The notes beneath the pieces are model-generated. The model did not search any database, was not told the DNA's origin, and saw nothing but the letters and a program-made list of their open reading frames with translations. From positions 20,535,520 to 20,599,519 of the forward strand of contig MU055600.1 of NCBI GenBank assembly GCA_013239625.1: DNA of 64,000 nt. Reading direction: 5' to 3'. Of this stretch, positions 49,771-62,065 are shown in pieces. Source of the DNA: Lama guanicoe (lineage: Eukaryota). Both the position numbers and the translations under genes were made by a program. Within the stretch, counting starts at the first letter, position 1. Each line of letters opens with the position of its first letter.

Positions 49771-52700
49771 CACCGTTTCTAATTTCCTCTGGGATAACCT
49801 GGGAGATGGCATCTCACAGCCCAGGTTTCTTAATTTTCTTGTCAGGAGCTGGAAACTTGTATTTTGTTTAATGCTCAAATTATTGAACTCATATACCTAA
49901 TAAACAAGTATTTTTTAAAAATTATCTTGAAATTTTAAGCTATCATTTGATTAAGTTCTCCTTTATCATTTTAAATGCAATTGCAAATTTTTAGGGCTGA
50001 TGTTCTGAACGCTTCAAATATCATAGAACTTTCACAGACGCAGTGACTACGCAGCTTGCCATTACACTTACGCTTGAACATACTCTAAAGCACAGAACAA
50101 TGGACTTACTCATTTCTTTGATAATTTATGTGCTTGTTTTATACCTTCCTAGGGGATATTAGTATACTTATTTTAATATCTTCCTAGGGTTTCAGCAATA
50201 TGTTTTTATTTCTTCCCAGGGGTGGAGTAACATTACTAGACCCAAAAGGAAAAGCACACGTGCGCGGCCCAGCCACGGCCGGAGAGGCCGGCTCGCCAGC
50301 CGAGCCGGTCTTGGCCGGGGCAGGACTCACCCCAGGCAGCATCAACTTCCGGCCTTACTGCAACACGCGTTTCAAGGTCACACCTTCACTTGGGTTTTCT
50401 TTTTTACAGCCTGATGTCTTTCAGGAAATGATGTACTTCTGAAGTCTCACCTCGCCAGGGTTACAAAACCCAGTGTCCTGTTGGCGTGATACACTGACTT
50501 GGCCTGTTCCCTTACTGGCAGCTTTAGTAACATGCGCAGGGCGGCCAGCGGCCTCATCCCCTGCGAGGCGAGGCGCTGGGTCTGCGCTGCATGTTCTTCC
50601 TCTTCGGACACCTGACTCGGTCACCTTTCCAGAGGACCCTGCTGAGCCTTTCTTCTACTTGGTAACTTTGTGTGGCCGCTGGTGCTGATTAAGTGTTGGA
50701 CTTTCTTTCCGCCTAAATCACACGTCAGTCTCAGTGCCAGCCAAACCAGTCTTTCCTCTTCCTGACAGAGTTTCCGCTTCTTTCTGGATTACTGATTTAC
50801 TCAGTTTCATAGCTTTATTCTTTCCTCAGAAGCAAGTATGTGCTATTTATTTACGTATTTTTATACAGGGCGATAGTTAAGCGTGAGGAATAAAATATCC
50901 GCATGTAAAAAATGGCCACTTGTTAAAATTCATCTACAAGCAGCGAATCCACGACTGATTATCCAATTTCTGTGTTACAACTACATTTCTGTATTCATGA
51001 CGTTAACTTTTCTTTTGAGAAATATTATATGAGTCTGTGAAAGGCCACAGACTCCAAGTAACCAGAATAACAATAATATTTTGTGCTCAAATGGTTACAA
51101 CTTGGTCAATGGAAACCCTTAACCTGGGTCCTTTGACCTTCTTATATGGCCCCTAACATCAAAAAAATAAGATTCTTGCTTCCTGATGGCAACAAGATAT
51201 TCCAGGCTCATTCTGATCTTTCTGTTCCCTTTCCCAGAACAAGGAGCTATTTATCCAGGTCAGTCCCGGGTTTGTTTGTTCTTTTTTAACTTGATAACAG
51301 TATTGCAATAGGGGGATGGAAGGATGCATATGAAAGACAGGCAAAAGGTCCACCGCTGCTGCTGAGCCATCTGCATCAGAAAATGTGATTTTCACGTGGA
51401 ATGATGTCATGTTGCTGTATCTTACTTTTCTTAGAGTAAATGGTATCACCTGATACCAAGGCTTTCTCCCCGGCAAAAACAGTTCTATAAATGTACGTGC
51501 TCCGAATACAGTCCCAGCATTACACCTGCTTTGAGGAACTTGAGTCAAGTAGGAGAATTGCTGGGTGTAATGTGTTTCTGTTCTTTTCACCGCAGGACCT
51601 CAGACTGGGCCTGTCAGAGTATCTCACTCTGCCTGGTACATGATGCTCCTGAGAATAACTTCACAGAGGTTGAGGTCAACACAGAGATCTTGAAAAACAG
51701 CCACAGAGGTCTTGGAAGACTGAGATACAAAGACGGTGGCTGGAGGCACTTGTAAACAAAAACACAGACAGGAAGAAATGAATGGAATGAGAGGGAGGAA
51801 GATGTGTTTTTGTGATGAGAAGTGTGGGAAAGAGAGGGCACTGACGAGAAGGGAGCAGGAAGGCAGCAAGAAGATGATGGCAACACTTGGGACAAAAAAT
51901 AAAGGGAGAGAAATAGAGTGAAGACAGATATGGAAACATGATTAATTTTAAGAGAGGATTTACAGCAAGACATGAGAAGCAGTAGAGATGTGAGGCCAGT
52001 AAAGGGAAGAATAAAGGACAGGATGACAAAGAAAAGCAGAGAGCGGTTCGTGTAGTTCCTCTCCTGGACCAGAAATACAAGCCAGAGATCCACTGATGGA
52101 AAAAACCAGAATTTGAATGGTTTCAGCTGAACTCAAATTGAGACGCAAACTCCATGGGGAGAGCCAAGCAGCTCTTTCTCAGCTTTGCTTGGGCACTGGT
52201 CATCAGGCCGCAGCACCTTCACGTCCACCTCGCTGTCCACCTGAGGCCTTGTACGTTCAGCTGCTAGATTTAACTCCCCGTAATTCATGGTGTGGAAATC
52301 TCTGCCTTCTCACTTTCAGCGCTGGGATTAGCTGAAGGTCAAAGGCCTCACTTGCCCCACGCATGCTTGGTCAGTCCTATCCAGTCACCATTTCCATCCC
52401 TGTCAGCAGGCTATCCCACAGGGCAGAAGCCAGAAGTGTTATTATTCTTACACATACTTACAGCCTTCAGTCTCTGTGTCACAGCCGCACAAAATGCTCT
52501 ACCACTGGCCACCGTCTCTTCCCATGACCCAGGTTTATATTCGCTGGGCCACGTGACTAGGGCTTCACAGAAATTTGCTGGAGGAATGGCTGCCCGGTTC
52601 TGCTACTCCAGTGTCAGCCTGGGGACAAAGGCAGAGACCTCAGGCATCTGAAAACACATCAAGTTAGCATTTTCAAAGCTGACTGTCGAAACTTCCCTCG

Positions 52701-53119
52701 GAGGTTTCCTGTTCTCTTGCTGCAACCGCTTCTTCCTGTTCGTCCTGGCTTCCGTCACCTGGGGTTTGCTCCGGTTGCCTTCCGCATGGTGGGAGACTGA
52801 AGTGAACTCCTGTTCAGCCCGCAGGGCCAGGCTGAGGGGCTCACGGCTCCAATGTCAGCACCCACCACAGCACTGGTCCCAGAACGTGGCTTGCGTGGGA
52901 GTTAGCTGGGAGCCTTTACGGAGGCGGGGATCCGCTTGCAGGGATTTGCTTTGAGGAAGGATGGAAGCGGCATCTGAATTGTAAGACTCCACATGTGACT
53001 CTAACGTGGGCACCCCTACGCCGTTCTTTGAGAAGCGTTTCACGGAGCAGTAACGGTAGGTTTGCTTACGTTGTAGAAGGCGTCTTGCCAATCCTGAACC
53101 CTAGATGACCCTCCGCTTA

Positions 53120-56100
53120 CGTCAGTACATACCTAATAACATGCCCTTAAATGCACAAAGCAAAAAACAATAGAACACAAAGAGAAATGGATAGATTCAA
53201 AACCCCTGGGGGAGATTTTGAGTCTTTCAGTTATTGACAGAATAAGCAGGAAAGAAAAGATACATGATTTGACCTAAATTGATATAAAAATGTTATAGTC
53301 ACCTTTCAGCACTGAGATGGACTTTTCAATCAAAGTCTGGTTCAGATGTTGATACTGGTGATACCACATACATACCGATAGGACATGAAAAGTTTTACTA
53401 CTCACATAATGAATCACAAGGAAATGTAGCATCTATCTTAAAGGATATGGTTCGTCTCCTTTTCTTTCAGAAAGAGTAGACGGGAACACTTTTCCACTTG
53501 TTTTATGAGGCCAACTTAACCTTGATACAAAAACCTGAAAAAGACTCAACAGAAAAAATATTACAGACCAATATTCCTAATAAACATAGACACAGACATT
53601 TTTAAACCAATATTAGCAAATAAAATCCAGTAACATGTTAAAGGATATCACTGTATTACCCTGATAACACAAAGCTGATTTAACATCTGGAAACTGACCA
53701 GTGTAATCAATAACATTGACAGCGTGAAGGGAAAGAGCCCTATGATTATTTTAATACATGGAGAACATATTTTACAAAAGTCAGTATTTATTCATGACAA
53801 AAACTCCCAGCGAACTAGGAATTTCCTCTGTCTGATAAAGGCTATTTATGTAAACCTACAGCAAAATTTATAATAGTGAAATACTGAACACTTTTACTAT
53901 AAGAATAGGAACAAAACAATGATGATCACTCTTACCACTTCTTTTAGATGTTGAGCTGGTGTCTTAGCCTGTGCAATAAAGAAAGAAAAAGAAATAAAGG
54001 GTATAATGGCTGGAAAGGAAGATGTAACATTGTATTTGTAGAAAAAAATGATTTTTGGAAAATCCTAAAAAATCCACAAAAGAAACTACCAAAATTAATA
54101 GAGTATGGTTACAGGATACAAGGTCAGTACAGTAGATTCTCATTGTTCACTGAAGGTATGTTCTATAAGGTTGTCGTCAACACTGAATTAGCAAACACTA
54201 AGCATTTGCTCCTAAGAAAACTACAGGCTTAGGTTCCTGTGAGCCTCTGAGCACAACATCTTTGTCAATCAATCAATCAATCAATCAATCAATCTGTAAC
54301 CTTTTTTAATATGTGCTTTTGTTTAAAGGCATCTAGTAATTATATATATTGTTGATTCACTAACATTGAACTCACAGCCAAGAGCACTAACACTCATGCC
54401 TGGAGGAAGCTCGTCTAGCACACATGGTTCCCCACTGGGCGCACCATGACTTCCTGTGCTTAGGAACACCACAGGACACCTCAGCACCCCCTTCGAGGGC
54501 ATTTCACACAGCAAAGCCACCAACAAAAACCACAAAAACGCAGCAAGCATGACACTAAATATACCATGAAAGGGACATTTGTTTACACTATGACAACAGA
54601 AACAAGAAGGCCAAACGTTGCCTTCTTTGACCTCAGTTAGGAACGTGCCTGTTGGCTGGCCTAAATTTTCCATCACTCCGCTCCTGTCTGTGAACGAACA
54701 TGAAAGCACTGTGAGTATTGATTTGGGGGTTATAAATGTACTTTAGCAATTATGTGAATTTCAAATATAGAACCTACAAATAATGAGGATCAGAATCTAT
54801 AAATAGTGAGAATCAACTACAGATAAAAATACACTGTATTACTATATATTAGCAAAAACAACTGGAAGTGAAACTTTAAAATACTTTCAAAATATAAAAA
54901 AGTCATAAAATGCTTAGAAACAAATTTATTTCAGAATCAAATTTAACCCAAAATGTGCAAAGTTTTGCTGAAAAAGTGATCTGAATAAGTGAAGAGCCAT
55001 CTCGTATTTATGGATTGGAAGATTCAATAATATTAAGATGTTAATATTCTCCAGTTCATCTATGGAGTCAATATAATCCCAACAAAAATCACCAAAATCT
55101 TTTTCTTCGTAGAAAAATTGGTAAATTGACTCTAAAATTTGTATGGAAACACAAAGACCTAGACTAGCTAAAACAATTTTGTAAAATAAAAATTAAGTTG
55201 AAGGAGTTACAGCACGTGATTTCAAGACCTACTCTGCAGAGCTACTGTAGTCCCGACAGGATGGTCTTCATGTAAATTTTCTGAATGGGGAAGAACAGTA
55301 AGTCTAGAAAGAGACCCACACATACACGGGTCAACTGATTTTCAAAGAAAAAAAACTGCCACAGTTCAGTGGGAGTAAGGAACTTTTTTTTGTACCAAGT
55401 TATACTGGAGTAACTGGGTTTCCACATGGAAAAGAAAATTAAGTGTGACCCCTACTTCACAAAATTCATAAAAGTTAATTCAAGAAGGATCATAGTCCTG
55501 AACGTAATAGCTAAAACTATAAACCTCTAGAAGAAAACAGAGGAGTATATCTTTGCAAACTTGGGGCAGGCAAGCCACTTTAGTGGGAACATCAAAAAGC
55601 AATTTCCATAAAAGAAAAATTAATTGAACTTTATCGTAATTCAGAACAGAAGTATTTCATCTAGAACATATATAGAAACCATACAAATCAATCAAAAAAG
55701 GTGAACAATTCAAATTTTAAAAATGGGCAACAGACCTGAACATTTACTTCACAAACGGAGATATAAAAATGACTAAAAAGCCCATAAAAACATGATCAAT
55801 GTCATTAGGCATCAGGCAAAATAAAATTAAAGCAACAACGAGATAGCTGAGAAAGCCACACCAGAATTGTCAGAAATAATGAAGCTCATAGCAACAAATA
55901 CTGGCAAACGTGTGGGGCAGTCGGACGCTCTGTGCGTGGCTGGAGGGAGTGTAAAATTACACAGACACTCTGAGAAAATGCATGGCAGTTCCTTATAAAG
56001 TCAAACTTAAAACTACTCTATGACCCATCAGTTCTACTGCACAAAAAACTTATATAAAATGTCTTTATTCAGAGTAGCCCCAAAGTTAGAAACAACCCAA

Positions 56101-57250
56101 CAGAATGGATAAACAAAGTGTGGTATCTTCACACTGTGGCGTGAAAAATGATCAGTTACTGACACAGGAAACAGTACGAGTGATTCCCAAAAACATACAT
56201 TGGGTAGAAGAAGGCTGTCACAAGGGCACACGCTGTGTTGTTCGACGTGCAGGAAGTTCCAGAGAAGACAAGAGTAATCAATGGTCAAAGACATTACAAA
56301 AGCAGGTGCTCACAGGGGAGGGCACGGGCTGACTAGAAGAGCTCTTCTCAAGTGTTAGAATATTTTATATCTTAAGCGGGATGTTGATGATATTTTTAAA
56401 ATTAATCACCTTTTGTAAGTGCATTTCACTGCATTTAAATTTCATCTTTTTAAAAACAAGCTCCTGAACAGTCTCTTCTCTGCACAAAACCTACCCTCAA
56501 AAACACACACTTCACATGAGCACATCAGACTGCAGAAATGAACATCTAATTGTCATTGAGTATGTGGGGCAACTGGAACTTGTATTCTCTGCTTGTGGGA
56601 GTATCAACCGATATAATGGCTTCAGAAAATAATTTGACAATATTTAATACTACTGGACGTGTGCCTATGACCCAGAAACTCTGCTAACTGTGTACCCCCA
56701 AACTCACATAGGAACAAGTATATTAAAAGCAGCATTGTGTGTAACAGTTATAAACTAGAATTCACTCAGTGCCCACCGACAGGAAGAGGGATGTATAAAC
56801 TGTGCACTGGCCGTGCAGCCAAACGTCACACAGCAGTGCAAAGAAAGTGGTTATTCCCATCAGTCATGCTTCTGGGTACGACTACTCAGAAACAGAATAC
56901 TGAGTGGAAAAAATACGCAGAGAAATACATCCTGCATGACACTATTTATATAAAATTTGAAAATACAAAAGCCTGACTCAGTGAACTCCCTCTGCGTGTG
57001 CGCATAAATAGGAACGTTCTGAAACATGAACGAAGGCTACGCGTCAAATTCAGGACGGGGTTACCTCCAGGGAAGCAGGGCCGCCGAGGCTCCATTCTGC
57101 TTGCCATGTTTTATTCTTAAAATCTGAAGCAAATGTGGAAAAATATTGATATCTGTTATGCTTAGTGGTGCATGCAGGGTATTTATTTGAGATACTACTC
57201 TACACGCATTTCTGCACGTTGAAATATTTCAAGATAAACAGAGAAGAAAA
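53120..57250 (+). mobile_element. Degraded L1M ORF2 and 3'UTR, interrupted by other elements
   Basis: attacagaccaatattcctaataaacatagac, tggattggaagattcaataatattaagatgt, caactgattttcaaag and aaaatgggcaacagacctgaaca; many stops and frameshifts. Confidence 0.85.
54130..54819. mobile_element. TcMar-Tigger element (MER82-like) nested in L1, containing (TCAA)n near 54266-54294
   Basis: TA|cagtagattctcatt ... agtgagaatcaacta imperfect terminal inverted repeats; internal aacactgaattagcaaacact...ggttcctgtgagcctct. Confidence 0.75.
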
Positions 57251-58609
57251 AAGTCAACTCTCTGACAACTAAAGCTTAGAGGCTGGGGTAAGGAATTCAC
57301 AGTTTCACTGTCTCCTGAAGAGAAACTGTAAAGTGTTCCATTGCCCCCCAAACAGAGGAGTAGTTTATTCTCTGGAACACTGGGTATGCTTTAGCTCATT
57401 TATTTTTCCTTATCCTCTTTCCACAAAGGATTGGAGGTAGCTTGCAACAAAAGTCGCATAAATGAGCCAGGAAAACATAAACTTAAGTAGAAAATCAGGG
57501 TCACAGATAACAAATATTCCATCAACGCTGGTTAACCACAGTTGCTGTGATCAAGTTTCAAACCTGGCTCTGAACCTCTTGGCAACAGCAACCATTCCAT
57601 CTCCAGCTGACCCACAAAGGCAGGTTAGGAAAACTAATCTTTGTTCTTCGAGATCTAACTTAACATCCTCCTGAGCGGAGTCTCTGTGCTCTACTATGCG
57701 CTTTGCCTTGCTCACTAGCCAGGTTCTTCTTTCGTTGGCTCTTTTGTCCTTTCCTTCCTTCTTCCCTCCCTTTCTCTTCATTCTTTCATTATTTTATTCA
57801 GATGCCAGACTTCAGATGAACAGTGGTATGAATGCAGATCCTATCTACTATTTATTGGCTGAAACACCCTTGGGGACAAGAATTAGATGGGAGGGCACAG
57901 CACAGCCAGTGGGAGTTTGGAACTATGCAAAATAAGGATTCAAGAAATAGAAATCAATCAGTTTGGGATGGGGGTGGGGGGGCAGACAAGGGGGAGCTCA
58001 GGTACAAAGGGCTGGCAGACAAGTGGCGAGAGCTGACGCGTTAAGGTTTGGTTTCAGGAACGAGACAGAAACCCTGTAACTAGACCTGAAGCACGAGGCC
58101 GGGGCAGAGCCAGCAGTGCCTGCAGACCTGGCGCCACGTCAGTGAGTGCTGCCCTTGGTGCGTTATACCCAGGAGAACTGGGGAGGGCCGAGAGCGCGCG
58201 TGAACGTGAGGTCAAGTCCTTTAGCATCGGGGTGGGAGGGTCATGGGGAGGGGCAGCGTTCGGGAAGCGAGACAGGTCATTTGTTAAATGGCCAGCCGTT
58301 CACCTGCGGGGCCTGGAGGGAGCAACCGCTCCCCCGGTCTGAGCAGGCACACGCTCTTGCCTCTCCCGTCTCCTAGGGGCGCACCAACGTTCCCCTCTCG
58401 GCGTCACCCTCAGGGTGGGGTTCCATTTCTATACCAAGCAAGACAGAAACCCCGGGAGAGATCACCTTCTGCCAGACAGATGAGAGGTGTCCACATGTTT
58501 CCACTTGGAGAGACGGATGATCATCACCAAACACAGTTCCTCCTGTCCTGGGGCACCAACTCTGCGGTCCAACCTGTTTCTAGAAGATGAAGAACAGCTT
58601 CACTTGCTG

Positions 58610-58800
58610 GTGGTGGCTACGTTCCAGGCACTATGCCGAGTGCTTTAAATGCACTGATCTCATTCGACCCTCGCAACAATCTTGTGAGGGAGGTACTCTC
58701 AGGGGGAAACTGAGGTGCGGGTGGGTCACAAGCTAAACTGGGAGCCGAAGTGCCAAGATGCAAACCAGGACAGTGTGTCTTGAGAGGCCACGTCCTGAAA
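58610..58800 (-). mobile_element. MIR
   Basis: ccaggcactatgccgagtgctttaaatgc...ggaaactgagg. Confidence 0.7.
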
Positions 58801-59533
58801 CATTACGTTAATCTCCTAAACTTGAGCACGTCCTTCCTGGGGGCGGGGGACTAAGAGCTCTAAGGACGTAGGGCGTTCTTGGAACTGCAAAAGCAGCTTA
58901 CCTCACTTCCTTCCGGCATTTCTGCAGGACTTCGTGGTCCTGATACTTCTGTTCTCATCTTCGCTGCTGGTCCTGCTGCCAGAGCTGCCAGGCGAAGTCT
59001 GAGCAGGTCGGGGAGCTCCGATCTGCTGACCTGTAAGGCGGGGTTTCTGAAGTTGTGTCACCTCTAGCAATGGTCACAGGCTCCGAACGCCCTCTTCCCC
59101 AGCATGAACTAGGAGCCCCCTGCTTACAGCTTGCTTACCTGCTCGATCTTCAAATGCAGTTAGAAGAACAAGAACCTTTCACTCACGAGTCCCTGGTAAC
59201 TGTGAGGCACAGGCGCCCGCGCCTGCCTGACGAGCGCGCCCCGGGTGCTGGTGTCAGGACGAGACGCCGTTCAGAGAAGCAGAAGTACTGGCGTGCCCAC
59301 TCCCTCCGGGTCTCCAAGGACAAAGCGTTTGCTTCCTGCCCCAGTTTTGATTCACTCTCCTGTCTTCTGCCCACAGTGACCCCCAGGGCCCGCGGCGGTG
59401 CCCTGAGGATGCAGGCCTAGAACAGGGCCTCCTCCTGTGTAAGCGAAGGGCTCCTTCTCAGCTAAAGAGGAGCATGCAATAAAAACGACAATTCTGCCTG
59501 GATTAAGGAGGCAAACGCTTTCTTTTAAGCTAA

Positions 59534-59551
59534 TTTATTAGCAAGTTTATT
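59534..59551 (-). terminator. Tandem polyadenylation signals of the right-hand gene
   Basis: AATAAA on the minus strand at 59551-59546 and 59539-59534, about 400 nt after the stop codon, in AU-rich 3'UTR-like sequence. Confidence 0.7.
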
Positions 59552-59952
59552 CTTCATTCATTAAAAAAAACATTTTTGGCTTTGAGATCATGACATAAAA
59601 TAAAAAGGCAAATAACTAAAAATTATCAGCTGAAAGTAGGTGGAAGCAACTCATGCTGAGCCATGAGCAGACACTGCGTGCCGCGGGCTATCGCAGGGCG
59701 CCAGCCAAGCAAGGGCCGGCCGCCCCTAAGGGCTGCTTAGCTCCCGAGGCGGCCTGCTCAGCGGGTGTGGGGCAGCAGTCCTCCCTGTCTCTGTCCTCTG
59801 CTTCCTGGCCCTTAACTACGAGGACAGGAGGCAATGACGCTCTGATGCTAGTCTTTGTTGAACAGTGTGGTTGTTTTAACATGTTTAACCTACATAATAT
59901 CAACCTTCAGAAACATAAAACTGCTAAAATCAGCTGCAACTAAAAGCCATTT

Positions 59953-60156
59953 CTACTTCTGGTCAGTGATGTGCCGCAGGCAAAGCTTCATGTAGGAACT
60001 CTTATTGCGGACTTCTATGACCGCGTCCCTGACGAGCTCTATGAACATCTGCGGCCAAAGCTTCTGCAAAGCCTCATTTTTCATGTTGATTTCTGTGGCT
60101 TCCTTCACAAGGTCCTCGATGTACATCTTGCAGAATTTCTTTTTTTCCTTTATTTC
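59953..60156 (-). CDS. Terminal coding exon of an unidentified protein-coding gene: EIKEKKKFCKMYIEDLVKEATEINMKNEALQKLWPQMFIELVRDAVIEVRNKSSYMKLCLRHITDQK*
   Basis: Strong acceptor ctttctctttttttaacag|GAA (phase 0), 67 open codons with protein-like helical composition, TAG stop, then 3'UTR and AATAAA. Absent from the ORF track. Confidence 0.9.
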   Translation of the reverse strand, partial: EIKEKKKFCKMYIEDLVKEATEINMKNEALQKLWPQMFIELVRDAVIEVRNKSSYMKLCLRHITDQK

Positions 60157-61149
60157 CTGTTAAAAAAAGAGAAAGTTTTGCACCGAATCATAATTAATCC
60201 CTAAACCAAGGCGACAATTAGCTGAACTTGAGAAACTTGAAACACTCTACTCTGACCCCCACCCCTCAGAGCAGGAACGCTTGCCTGGACCCTCTGGAGG
60301 GCTGCCTGAGGAAAGACAGCACCTGGGAGCTCACTGGTCCCAGCGCACGCCCCCCTCCGTGGGGCAGCTCTGTTACGATGTGTTTCCTATTGGAATCACC
60401 GGATCATAACTACTGTCTCCACTGAGAGACCTTCTCCTGTCTCAGTTCAGACAGTTTAGCTCAGACAGTCAGCTGAACACAGATTCATGACTTCTGGTGG
60501 TAAATGTATCAGGGCACTGATGCCGACAATCCTAGCTAGTATGAGGTCAGTTCACATCCACGTACATACTAGAAACACCCATAGTCTGAGTTCACTCTGA
60601 ACTTCAGCAAAGCCTGTAGTGGTACATGCCACTGACGTCTGTGGCTGAGACCATCTGGACAAAGCTGGGGAAAGTATACAAGGAGGAAACGAAATATATA
60701 CAAGCCTGGGACCCAGAACTTGTCCCTCCAAAGAAACAGTGCTCGCAATCATTTCTGGGTCTGGCAGTCTGCGACGAGAACCATGGGCTCAAAACACAGC
60801 AGATGAAGCTCCGGGCCTGAGGCTACTGGGGCCCTGGGCCCCAGTTGTATCCTAGAGGCTGGAAAAAAGCCATTTTGTTTAACTCAAGAATTCAGCATTC
60901 ATTTTGGCTGTTGGTACTTTCAGAGAGTATCCAGGCATGACGATGGAACGTGCCATAATACACATGGAAAAACCCACGGACTAATCAGATAATCAGAATT
61001 ACAGGGGAACCAATTCACACCAATGAAGGAGGAAATAAATAATAAATGTCACTTGGAAAAGGATCTACTCAAACCTCCAACTCAAATCAAAACACCAAAT
61101 TTAAAAATAAAGAGTTAAATTTAAAGTATCAACAGATACAGCCGTTAAA

Positions 61150-61740
61150 ATCATACTATGAAGGTCTGTAATAACAAGGAAATGCTTGCATTGCAGTGTT
61201 AAGTGGAAAAAGAAAAATACAAAATGAAATTTTGATAGAGGCTGGGCTACATCGGTGTCTGTAAGTGTCAAAACTCAGCAAGTGCACCCCTGAGACTTGT
61301 ATTTCATTGTATACAAATTTTACCTCAAAATAAGAAACTACGTGAAATACTGAACTGCAATTAATGATCTGCACGCTGAATTATTTAGGGAGAAGCATGG
61401 TAATGTCTGCGATGACGCTGAAGTAAATTTAAAAAATCAGGTGGACTGCCGGGGGCTGGAGGGCGGGTGACTGCCCGGGTGGGTGGCGAGGCAGGTGCGC
61501 CGCGCGGTGCGGTACCTCAGCAGGCTCTGGTGTGAGCCACGCCGCTCACTGTAAAGTTCTCTCAACTTCGCTGTATGTTCGACATTTTCATTGAAAAGTT
61601 ACAAAAATATACAGAAAATTATTGGTAGAAAATAAACTGAAGTGTCATTAAGCTCGTCTTTACGAAGGAGGCCATGAGTGTTTTCTGCTCCTTTTTTCTA
61701 TTTCTCTTCCTTTTCCAAATTTTCACAATTTGTAAAACAA
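61150..61740 (+). mobile_element. Nested L1MC/L1ME 3' fragments
   Basis: tttcattgtatacaaattttacctcaaaa and ctcactgtaaagttctctcaacttcgctgtatgttcgacattttcat. Confidence 0.7.
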
Positions 61741-61981
61741 CAAAATAAATGTTTGAGATTCCTGACTAAATATAAGTGAATGACGAGTCCCAGCTGTCAC
61801 TAACGTCCAACAGAGGCGCATCTGGGAAGTCTTCTAATGATATATAAGATTTCTCCAAATAATCACTCGCCATTCTGGGGTCAACATGCTGATTTGATTT
61901 AGTCCGTGTGCTAAAAATAACAGGTCATGAATAACTATCGTAAAAATATGTACAGACTTTGATGGGCGATAAATCACACAC

Positions 61982-62065
61982 GGTTCCAGCTGGCTGCTCC
62001 TCTGCTGAACCTGACTCCTCCAGCTCCGCAGCAGCCCGGGACTCGGCCACCTGCGCTAAGTCAGC
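61982..62065 (-). CDS. Possible upstream coding exon ADLAQVAESRAAAELEESGSAEEQPAGT (84 nt, phase 0/0)
   Basis: Acceptor cgttctcatcggcag|GCT and a weak donor ACC|gtgtgt; the frame is compatible with the terminal exon. Confidence 0.3.

Noticed and set aside
51597-51755. Plus-strand acceptor (ttctgttcttttcaccgcag) followed by a short open frame
   Set aside because: No convincing donor, no partner exons and no recognisable protein.
53120-57250. L1 ORF2 as an active or domesticated reverse transcriptase
   Set aside because: Heavily interrupted by stops, frameshifts and nested insertions.
59953-60156. Assigning gene symbols to either gene
   Set aside because: I could not recognise the peptide or the 5' exons reliably without a database search.
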